Below, piece by piece: positions 56,525 to 64,000 of a DNA stretch of 64,000 nt. Source of the DNA: Pseudomonadota bacterium (GTDB taxonomy: Bacteria > Myxococcota_A > Polyangia > JAAYKL01); contig JALNZK010000002.1 in assembly GCA_023229365.1 (NCBI GenBank), forward strand, positions 254,343-318,342. The letters are read 5' to 3'. The notes beneath the pieces are model-generated. The model did no database searches. It worked only from the letters and a program-made list of their open reading frames with translations, and was not told the origin of the DNA. A program made the position numbers and the translations under genes. Numbering within the stretch: the first letter of the stretch is position 1; every line of letters begins with the position of its first letter.

Positions 56525-57486
56525 TGCAAATGTTCCAAAAGTTGCTGAGGATCAATTATTCCAAACCCTTGGTAAAAACTTTTATCTTTTAATTGATCTT
56601 TGATGGGGGTGGTATGATTCTTAAAAGCCTTATAATAATCTCTTACTGTTGTTAGCGGAAAGTTTAATTTTTTTTGCTTATGAGCCGATAACAATAGTGC
56701 TGCAATACCGGCTACCCACGGAGTGGCCATCGAAGTGCCAGAAAGCATAGCGTACCAGTTTTTGGGGACCGTAGAAAGAATTTTTTCGCCTGGGGCCATA
56801 AAATCTAAATTCTTACCAGTACAACTAAATTGTGATCTGTCAAGGTTTTCATCAATTGATCCAATAGCAATAGTTTCAGGATAAGCGGCAGGATAAAACA
56901 CATCCGATGTAAATCCAGAATTTCCAGCAGCCACAAATACTGGAATATTTCTTTTGTGTGCATATTGAATAGCTTTGCGAACTTGCTGAATAGGGTTAGG
57001 AGAGCCTAAAGACAAACAAATAATATCTGCACCATTATCAACAGCCCACCGAATACCATCGGCTACTATTCCATAACTACCAGAACCATATTTGTCCAAC
57101 ACCTTTATGGGCATTACTTTTGCTTTTTCCGCCACACCTATTCCACATTGTCCGCAAATAATACCCGCCACATGGGTGCCGTGACCAAGAACGCTATCAT
57201 CCCAAGGTTCTTTACCAGGACAAATGAAATTTTTTCCTGGCACTAAATTGTTTATAAGACATGGATGATCTAATTGACATCCACAATCCACGACAGCGAC
57301 CACAACTCCTTCGCCTGCACAGTGTTTCCATATTTCTGGTAAATTAAAAGCTGAAATTGACCATCCTGACTTTTCTTTTACATCAGCTAAAGTTAAAATT
57401 TCTTCCTTAATAATGGGAAATAATTTGAATTTATTTTCAAGCTTAGATTTTTTTTCCTCTTTTTTTACCTCTGGGTTTTCTGACAT
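56521..57486 (-). CDS. Subtilisin-like serine protease (peptidase S8)
   Basis: D motif VVVAVVDCG, H motif GHGTHVAGII, S motif LSGTSMATPWVAGIAALL. Confidence 0.7.
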   Translation of the reverse strand: MSENPEVKKEEKKSKLENKFKLFPIIKEEILTLADVKEKSGWSISAFNLPEIWKHCAGEGVVVAVVDCGCQLDHPCLINNLVPGKNFICPGKEPWDDSVLGHGTHVAGIICGQCGIGVAEKAKVMPIKVLDKYGSGSYGIVADGIRWAVDNGADIICLSLGSPNPIQQVRKAIQYAHKRNIPVFVAAGNSGFTSDVFYPAAYPETIAIGSIDENLDRSQFSCTGKNLDFMAPGEKILSTVPKNWYAMLSGTSMATPWVAGIAALLLSAHKQKKLNFPLTTVRDYYKAFKNHTTPIKDQLKDKSFYQGFGIIDPQQLLEHLH

Positions 57487-58027
57487 TTTTTACTGGCTCC
57501 TGTGGTGCTGTATTACTGCTCGATGAACTTATGCTGCTGGCAGAACTACTTGGGGCTGACCAAGAGCCATTTCTGTATTTTTCAACAACCCAGTCTATAG
57601 CACTTGCTATTACAATATAGATGATAAAGTTTTCAATTTGAGTTGAGAAAGGCTTTAAAGCAGTGGGTAAAGCATTAGCAACAACGAATTCATAAACTAC
57701 AACGCAAGCCGCTAATACAATGGCTTTTTTTTCTGGTCCGCTGGCTATTTCCTTTTCAACAGCTATAATCATTTCATCTAAAGCAGCTAAAATAAATTTT
57801 ACAACTTTGCGAAGGTCCACTTTTTTCCAAAATTGCCACCATTTTGGAGGCGGATTTTCTTCAACCCATTTAGCCTGTAAGCTTTTTATTATATTGTTGA
57901 TAGACTCCACTTGTGGCGGATTCTTTGCGACAGGATTTCCGGCTGCTATCATATATGCTCCTATTCTATTGTATTTACACTTTATATGACAAATTATAAT
58001 CCAATACCCACAACAGAAAATGACCAA
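57443..58027 (-). CDS. Hypothetical membrane-associated protein
   Basis: Hydrophobic segments. Ser-rich and basic C-terminus. Confidence 0.3.
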   Translation of the reverse strand: MVIFCCGYWIIICHIKCKYNRIGAYMIAAGNPVAKNPPQVESINNIIKSLQAKWVEENPPPKWWQFWKKVDLRKVVKFILAALDEMIIAVEKEIASGPEKKAIVLAACVVVYEFVVANALPTALKPFSTQIENFIIYIVIASAIDWVVEKYRNGSWSAPSSSASSISSSSSNTAPQEPVKNVRKPRGKKRGKKI

Positions 58028-58485
58028 TATAAATCACGCTCGCTATGCACCACATTTTTGAACCCCAAATCTTTTAGGAGTTTTACCGTAGCGGCGGGAA
58101 CAAAAGAATGCAAGTGTTTTCTGTTGTTTTGCGGAAGCCAGTATTCCATATCAGGATGTGGCAAATATAGAAATAATACACCGGAAGGTTGCAAAAATGT
58201 TATCCAATATTCTAATGCTTTTACGTAATTATCAACATGTTCAAGTGTGTGAGAACTAAAAATATAATCATATTTTCCATCCGGCAAATTGTAGGCATCG
58301 TAGCCATCATGATTTAGAATGTTGATAATTTTAGCACCTGGGAAATGACAATTAATCAGTCCCCCAATATCCAATCCATCCCCACTACAGAATTTTTCAG
58401 CAAATGGCAGAATAAAGTTCGCAGCATGTTCGCTGCGAATGTATTCTGGATAGGTTTCGCCTTTATAGTTCATTAAAATATTCAT
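57994..58485 (-). CDS. Class-I SAM-dependent methyltransferase
   Basis: GLDIGG (motif I). FSSHTLEHV. Confidence 0.5.
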   Translation of the reverse strand: MNILMNYKGETYPEYIRSEHAANFILPFAEKFCSGDGLDIGGLINCHFPGAKIINILNHDGYDAYNLPDGKYDYIFSSHTLEHVDNYVKALEYWITFLQPSGVLFLYLPHPDMEYWLPQNNRKHLHSFVPAATVKLLKDLGFKNVVHSERDLYWSFSVVGIGL

Positions 58486-59720
58486 ATGAAATTCCTGCTT
58501 ACCAAATAATCAAAAAAGCGTTTCATTATCTTTAGGTGACTGTCTTCATCTATGTCATGTCTATGAATGTTTGGATTTATATCTAGATGTCTGCCAATAT
58601 TCATGCAGGTGTTTGTTTTAATAAGCCTGATATTGTGCTCACTTTTATGTTCATACATGTCGCTGCCTGGAAATGGAATGAATCTGCCCACAACCACATT
58701 ATCAGGTTTTGTTTCTTCTATAAATCTAATGTTTGCATCAACAGTTTCTTCTGAATCGTAAGGCAATCCTATCATAAAGAATTGCCTTATTTTTATTGGA
58801 TATTTTTTCATAGCAAGCATTGCATTTTTTGCCTGCTCTACTGTAATGCCCTTGCTCATCTTTGCGAGGACAGAATTATCTGCTGCTTCAATACCAATCC
58901 CTATTTCACGGCAACCTGAATCATATAGCCAAGACATTGTTTCATCATCAATGGCGTCAATTCTGGTAGAGCATCTGTAATAAATGTCCAAATCCTTTAG
59001 CAATTCAGCAAGACTTTTTAAGTATTTTCTATTAATCGTAAATGTATCATCTTGAACTCTGAATTGATGAATTCCATAGACTTCTTTGATTTGTGTGATT
59101 TCTTTTTTAATTGATTCAAGTGATCTGAAGTTTATTTTTCTGTTATACAATTTAACGCTTGAGCAAAAAGCACAATTAAAAGGACAGCCCCTGCTAAACA
59201 TTATGGAAGTAGAGCCGCCATCTTTGAATGATGTGCCGGAACTAAAAATTGAATCTGTTTTTATATAACTTATTGGCAAAATTTCCCGCAACGGCAGCAA
59301 TGAGTTTATATCAACATTTTTAGATTGAGTATAGAATTTTTTTATTGAATTGTTTTCAAAATCCTTCACATAATCCAGAATGGTGTCTTCGGCTTGTCCA
59401 ACAAATACAGAATCAAAAACAGGATCAATAGTGTCTTTGGACAAGGTGGCTGCTGGGCCACCTATGATTATTTGCTTGTTGTGTTTTAATTTGATTTTTT
59501 TAGCAATCTCAACACAGCTTAAATAAGTCGGATGCACTGCTGAGAAGCAAAAAACATCGCTATCTTCTATGTTTTCAGCGTTATCTGCATTAGTGTCAAA
59601 AATCTTTGTCTCTATTCCTTGTGATTTCAAAGCCGCCGCAATATACAATATTCCCAGAGAAAACTGTGCTTTGTAATCGTAGAGCCACGACATGTCTGGA
59701 ATTACGAATGTAAATTTCAT
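58482..59720 (-). CDS. B12-binding-domain radical SAM enzyme
   Basis: N-terminal B12-binding-like region. CPFNCAFC (CxxxCxxC) radical SAM cluster motif. Confidence 0.6.
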   Translation of the reverse strand: MKFTFVIPDMSWLYDYKAQFSLGILYIAAALKSQGIETKIFDTNADNAENIEDSDVFCFSAVHPTYLSCVEIAKKIKLKHNKQIIIGGPAATLSKDTIDPVFDSVFVGQAEDTILDYVKDFENNSIKKFYTQSKNVDINSLLPLREILPISYIKTDSIFSSGTSFKDGGSTSIMFSRGCPFNCAFCSSVKLYNRKINFRSLESIKKEITQIKEVYGIHQFRVQDDTFTINRKYLKSLAELLKDLDIYYRCSTRIDAIDDETMSWLYDSGCREIGIGIEAADNSVLAKMSKGITVEQAKNAMLAMKKYPIKIRQFFMIGLPYDSEETVDANIRFIEETKPDNVVVGRFIPFPGSDMYEHKSEHNIRLIKTNTCMNIGRHLDINPNIHRHDIDEDSHLKIMKRFFDYLVSRNFI

Positions 59721-60412
59721 TATTTATCCATAAACAAAAATGCGTTACGAAGATTGCGTGCAACAAAATTCATATCAACTTGTTGCATGTTTTCATCCAA
59801 AATATAATTATAAATTTTTAAAGTATCCAACATTGGTTGTGTGTCTGTTCCGCAAAACCAATAATCATGAAAAGACACATACAGGATTGGTTTAATCTTA
59901 GATAAGTATGACGCAAAAGATGGCAATATTTTAACTTCCCCTCCTTCTATGTCAATTTTGATAAACCCACAATCAATGTCATTCTTTTTTACAAATTCTT
60001 CAATGGTAATGCCGGTTACATCGACAAGATCACCAGTTTGCACCATTATACTAGACATAGAATCACCAAAACATTCGTGTGTGCCAAGCTTTAATGTTTC
60101 ATTAGTATCAGATATGGCACAACAATTTGTTGTAATTGGAAAATTATTTAATGCAACATTTTCAAGTAATTTTTGATAAGCAACCGGATCGGGCTCGATT
60201 GCAAAACTTCGCTTTGCGATCTGTGCAGCATATAAAATTGTTGGACCAATCCATGCCCCAATATCAATGTAATCTTTGTTTGGATTCACATATCTATTTA
60301 ATATTTGATAAGTAATCGGCTCCCAGGTGTTGTTTTCTACTCTATCCCAAAATAAAGGATAGTGAGATGGGGATATAAAAAATTGACGATTAGCAACATT
60401 TATTTTTCTCAT
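59720..60412 (-). CDS. FkbM-family methyltransferase
   Basis: YIDIGAWIGPT...SFAIEPDP. Confidence 0.45.
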   Translation of the reverse strand: MRKINVANRQFFISPSHYPLFWDRVENNTWEPITYQILNRYVNPNKDYIDIGAWIGPTILYAAQIAKRSFAIEPDPVAYQKLLENVALNNFPITTNCCAISDTNETLKLGTHECFGDSMSSIMVQTGDLVDVTGITIEEFVKKNDIDCGFIKIDIEGGEVKILPSFASYLSKIKPILYVSFHDYWFCGTDTQPMLDTLKIYNYILDENMQQVDMNFVARNLRNAFLFMDK

Positions 60413-61113
60413 TTTTGAAAATCCTTTGCAACGTCGGCCCCTTTATGTCCTAAAGAGCTTTCGCCACCAATATGATCTATGACAGAGGGTTTTGTGACAA
60501 TTAATGAAATTTTTCTCTCTCTCATTCCAGCACTTAATTCCCAATCCCACTGATTGCTAGTTAAATAAGGTAAAATAAAAGGGCACAAATTTCTATTAAA
60601 AAACAAATTAATTCCACCTATACTATTTTTTACATAATATTTGTTAAATGTTTCCAATACAAAATGATGTTGATGAGCATTAAATCCAGAAATAATGCTT
60701 TCTGGAAATTCTTTTAACAATTGATTTAAAATAATGAGCCAATATGGTTTCACAATGGCATCAGAGTCTATATTGCTAATTATGTCAAATCCAGATTCAT
60801 AAAAATAGGTAAACCCAGTTTTTAATCCATAAAACATACCCTTGTTTTTAGGATTGTATGTTTTTATTGTCTTTACTCCTATGTTGCAAGATTTTATTAT
60901 TTGCTTAGTTTGTGCATTGCTATTGTCATCAATAATATAAATCTCCGATCCCGCAGGAAAAAAACTGTGCGACAACGAATCAATTGTTCTCTTTAAGTAA
61001 TCCGGGCGATTATATGTTGTAATTACTAATCCTATTTTTTGCAAAATCACCTCATGTATGCGTAATGTGTGGTTTTTCAACAAAATACTCATGATTTGCA
61101 CAATCTTTTTCAT
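60409..61113 (-). CDS. Glycosyltransferase family 2
   Basis: IGLVITTYNRPDYLKRTIDSL...IYIIDDNSN. Confidence 0.55.
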   Translation of the reverse strand: MKKIVQIMSILLKNHTLRIHEVILQKIGLVITTYNRPDYLKRTIDSLSHSFFPAGSEIYIIDDNSNAQTKQIIKSCNIGVKTIKTYNPKNKGMFYGLKTGFTYFYESGFDIISNIDSDAIVKPYWLIILNQLLKEFPESIISGFNAHQHHFVLETFNKYYVKNSIGGINLFFNRNLCPFILPYLTSNQWDWELSAGMRERKISLIVTKPSVIDHIGGESSLGHKGADVAKDFQK

Positions 61114-62047
61114 CTGGTTTTCTTGGATATAAATGATATTTTTGTGCTTTAATATCTAATTTTTCAATAATACATGATACTGCACTGCCAACAATATGAA
61201 TGTTGGTTGCATTTTCTATAACCATACTCCAATCAATAATCGAATAATCTGAAATTTTTTCCAATTTTATATTTCGCAAATTGTTAGTGATGGCAATGTC
61301 GGCTTTGCCAGAAAAATCACTTCTAAATACATCACTAATAAAATTATATGGTTCATTATCTGACAATCCTAACACATTATAAAATAACTCTTTTTCAGAA
61401 TTGATGTCTCGTGTCCATTGTGTGTTTCTCCACGTTGTGAAATCAAGGTCAAACATCATATATTTAGATTTCATACAGTCTTTATATGGAACACCCATAA
61501 TAGAATCAGAAAATCTAAGTGGTATAATGAACGCTCCATCTATATTGTTGAAATTAGGGTCATCATAATTAATGTTAAGTAAGTTTTTATCAATAAAAGT
61601 AATGTAATCAAAATGCTTGCTAAGGGTCAAAAACTGAGGAAGAACTGGCCATAATATCCTATACCCCATTTTATAATGCATACGAGCAATTGGTTCACAA
61701 AATAAAATATCTCCAATTCCTTGAAATTGATTTATAATGCACGTTCTATGGGGATTAAGAAGTGCCATTTTTTTTTGATATTGAAGTTGATCGTAAGTTA
61801 GTTTGCTGGGAAGCAATTTAATTGGTGCTACTGCCGTTGCTGTTGTTACTGTTGTTACTCTTTTTATCTTGCTTCCCATGTTTTTTCCTGTGCTTGGGGG
61901 GATTGGAACCTTCTTGACTGTTGTTAAAATCCTTTTTCTTGGCAAAGGAATGCCATGTGTTCTCTCTATTTCCTCAGGAGTTAGTCCCTTGCTTCTCAAA
62001 AAAGAGGTAGTTTTAGAACGTGTGCTTTTACGCCTTGATACTCTCAT
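61052..62047 (-). CDS. Hypothetical protein with basic N-terminus (possible glycosyltransferase-associated)
   Basis: ORF at the head of the sugar-modification cluster. QGIGDILF motif. Confidence 0.3.
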   Translation of the reverse strand: MRVSRRKSTRSKTTSFLRSKGLTPEEIERTHGIPLPRKRILTTVKKVPIPPSTGKNMGSKIKRVTTVTTATAVAPIKLLPSKLTYDQLQYQKKMALLNPHRTCIINQFQGIGDILFCEPIARMHYKMGYRILWPVLPQFLTLSKHFDYITFIDKNLLNINYDDPNFNNIDGAFIIPLRFSDSIMGVPYKDCMKSKYMMFDLDFTTWRNTQWTRDINSEKELFYNVLGLSDNEPYNFISDVFRSDFSGKADIAITNNLRNIKLEKISDYSIIDWSMVIENATNIHIVGSAVSCIIEKLDIKAQKYHLYPRKPDEKDCANHEYFVEKPHITHT

Positions 62048-62469
62048 TGTGGTCTAGGTTCCTCAGTGGTTCCTCGCACGTCTCTGGCCGCAGCGGTTAG
62101 TGGCTCATTACCAGTTGGAATTACGCTCGATTTTTTCTCCCCCATAGCACCACTATCCTCTGCACGGATTTTGCTCAAATACATTTCTATATTTTGTGAC
62201 CACTGGCTAACAACTGTAGGGTCTACTCCTAAAAGAGCATGTAAACCTTTAGAATCGTTGCAAAGTTCCTTAAATGACTCCCAGAAATCTTTACAACCGG
62301 GTTTAGCAAACGTCAGACCCTTGCGAACCACCTTCATGGCATATTGCTCATCATTGTTCTGTTGCTCATGAATATTGTTCCAAACTTCTAAGAATGACTG
62401 CATTATTTCTCCTGATCTTCTGATTTTTTCCTTTTGCAAAATGGGTTGCGAAGTCTGCTTTTGTCCCAT
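62044..62469 (-). CDS. Hypothetical protein
   Basis: ORF. Confidence 0.35.
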   Translation of the reverse strand: MGQKQTSQPILQKEKIRRSGEIMQSFLEVWNNIHEQQNNDEQYAMKVVRKGLTFAKPGCKDFWESFKELCNDSKGLHALLGVDPTVVSQWSQNIEMYLSKIRAEDSGAMGEKKSSVIPTGNEPLTAAARDVRGTTEEPRPQ

Positions 62470-62784
62470 TTTTTGCCTTGAGTATATTTACTAGGAAATC
62501 CCAAGGGCTCATTTGTCAACAAGGCTGTTCTAACCTCGCCAGTATCTTCAAGCCACTTTTTGAATGATGACGTTACCACCATTGGTTATCCTTCTTTCCA
62601 AAATAGTTGCCCTTTTTTGCAATTCCTTAATGTTGGCTTTTATGTGATCTAAAATCAGTTCTGGACTATTAACAGGACGTATTACCATTGGTTTTTCCTT
62701 GATATCAATTGCCATTGCTTGATTTTCTCCGATTTTTTATTTTCTCTGAGTAATATAGGTATATATAGATAAGGAATATAAAAA

Positions 62785-63267
62785 ATGACACCTAATGACA
62801 AAGCACTATCTCAGAAATTCGACCAAGTTTCTTCAGAACTCCGTGGGCTTATGAATACGCTTACTCGGATTGATGAACGGGTAGAAATTTTTATTGACCA
62901 ACAAGAACAAATAGCTGGTAAATTAGACGAACATATTTCAAATTGCCCAGTTAAGTGCCAAATGCCAGAATATTTGAGTAGATTGTCTGTCTTAGAAAAA
63001 ACGACAGTTACCAAGAATGGTGGATATGTAAGTAAAGAAGATTTTAATAATCATTGTGAAGGGCTAAAAAAAGAGATAGCAGAGATGCGAGAAGCTAATA
63101 AAGAAATGGAATTAGCCACACAAAAACAACAGATCACAACAGAAAAACAAGAAAACCACTGGAAAACAATTGGCACATTTATTTTTCATTTAATTAGCTA
63201 TATTGCAGGCGTAGTCGCAGCAGCTTACATTCTTCATTTCTTAGCCATAAAAGCAGCGTCACCCTAG
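62785..63267 (+). CDS. Hypothetical coiled-coil protein with C-terminal TM segment
   Basis: Coiled coil. C-terminal FIFHLISYIAGVVAAAYILHFLAI. Confidence 0.4.
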   Translation: MTPNDKALSQKFDQVSSELRGLMNTLTRIDERVEIFIDQQEQIAGKLDEHISNCPVKCQMPEYLSRLSVLEKTTVTKNGGYVSKEDFNNHCEGLKKEIAEMREANKEMELATQKQQITTEKQENHWKTIGTFIFHLISYIAGVVAAAYILHFLAIKAASP

Positions 63268-63998
63268 TAATTAACCCACAAACAATCTATTGTGAGCTTA
63301 ACATTTGTTTTCTTTTTAATGCATTTCCAGCCTTTGTCCGCATGATAAAGGCGTCGATACAATAAAGAAGGCAACCCACAAATCATTACTTTCCCTCGAA
63401 ATTGGTTGAGCACCTCCGACAGTGCAATATGCTCATCAGTAGATAACTTGTTTTCATTCACATCTACTGATTCTGACAATGGAGGCGGATCAACGAATGT
63501 AAACATATCTTTATCGTCATAAGCCAGTAAGGTTTCTATGGGAGATTTGTTAAAAATATGTACATTTTGTAGACGATCTGCAATTTTGGGCAGTTCTGTT
63601 AAAATAGAATCCCAAGAATCATCTTCTGCAAATGTTTTTTTGGCACTATTTTTACTCATTCTTCTCAAAATGAATTCATTTACAGCAACGTCCAGGTAAT
63701 CCTTATTAGGTGATTTTTTCAAAACTTTGTTAAAAGTATTGATGCAATATTTTGTTCGTTTTAATCTGCTGAGAAACATCCCTGGTTCGTCTCTTAGTGC
63801 TTTATAAATACAAATAATGCCATCATCACTATCGTTGATAGATTCATCTACTGATCGCTCTTTATTAAAGAACACACCACCAGCCTGTACATAAGGCTCT
63901 ATGTAACTCATTTGCATATAATTGGGTGGAAAGTTTTGAGTGATCCATGATGCAAGATGATACTTTCCTTTGCTTTTCACAAGTGGTCTAATGCTCAT
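63264..63998 (-). CDS. dam: DNA N6-adenine methyltransferase (Dam-like, D12 class)
   Basis: KGKYHLASWITQNFPPNYMQMSYIEPYVQAGGVFFNK (Dam motif kxxL..I...P....Y.EPF.GgGav.F). DPPP (DPPY-like) motif at FTFVDPPP. Confidence 0.6.
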   Translation of the reverse strand: MSIRPLVKSKGKYHLASWITQNFPPNYMQMSYIEPYVQAGGVFFNKERSVDESINDSDDGIICIYKALRDEPGMFLSRLKRTKYCINTFNKVLKKSPNKDYLDVAVNEFILRRMSKNSAKKTFAEDDSWDSILTELPKIADRLQNVHIFNKSPIETLLAYDDKDMFTFVDPPPLSESVDVNENKLSTDEHIALSEVLNQFRGKVMICGLPSLLYRRLYHADKGWKCIKKKTNVKLTIDCLWVNY

Positions 63999-64000
63999 TA

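Noticed and set aside
1-64000. tRNA or other structured RNA genes in intergenic gaps
   Set aside because: Scanning the larger gaps by eye, I did not notice a GTTCGAATC-type T-arm sequence or cloverleaf-compatible sequence: 12.8-13.1 kb, 13.8-14.05 kb, 18.1-18.3 kb, 23.97-24.08 kb, 45.9-46.3 kb, 50.36-50.58 kb, 62.47-62.78 kb. I cannot exclude one without a tRNAscan run.

Overview
This window reads as one contiguous piece of a large, low-GC T4-like contractile-tailed phage genome. I found no rRNA, tRNA or CRISPR. Recognisable T4-core genes are a gp47/SbcD-like nuclease (truncated at the 5' window edge), a gp46/SbcC-Rad50-like ATPase, a gp55-like late sigma factor, a gp18-like tail sheath and two gp19-like tail tube paralogs. 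A ribonucleotide reductase, a family-4 uracil-DNA glycosylase, a Dam-like methyltransferase, an HNH homing endonuclease and several rho-independent terminators are also present. Genes are organised in alternating strand blocks, with frequent ATGA stop/start overlaps.

The most unusual content is a roughly 12 kb leftward gene block at 30.2-42.4 kb:
(1) a clear major vault protein (MVP) homolog, with MVP repeat domains, shoulder and cap-helix coiled coil;
(2) a eukaryote-like Ser/Thr kinase, a PP2C phosphatase, Zn-ribbon and membrane proteins immediately upstream of it;
(3) a macro domain, a PncB-like nicotinate phosphoribosyltransferase, a PncA-like nicotinamidase, a VWA protein and a Lar-like restriction-alleviation protein.

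Elsewhere, at least 10 proteins share a T4 internal-protein-like capsid-targeting leader: an N-terminal M-x-[FY]-[KRS]-[EG]-[WF] motif followed by a prohead-protease-like [LI]-x-E site. These include two candidate H-Y-E/Tpt1-like ADP-ribosyltransferases, a HAD-Nudix fusion and a highly acidic K/D/E-rich protein. This points to a large arsenal of head-packaged, injected effectors. I infer the overall theme to be NAD+/ADP-ribose-centred host takeover or counter-defence.

Other points of note:
- A class-II glutamine amidotransferase whose nucleophile Cys is only encoded if translation starts at an AUU/AUC codon correctly spaced from a strong Shine-Dalgarno sequence, plus a GCS2/amidoligase-like ligase.
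- A DGQHR/ParB-like (DndB/DpdB-like) protein next to an Hjc-like nuclease.
- Tandem 11-bp repeats in a 300-bp regulatory intergenic region.
- Two secreted Tyr-rich repeat proteins.
- Tandem MGCGCG small genes behind a TATAAATA late-promoter-like box.
- Two glycosyltransferase / radical-SAM / methyltransferase clusters.

All calls come from reading motifs in the translated ORFs. No database searches were run.
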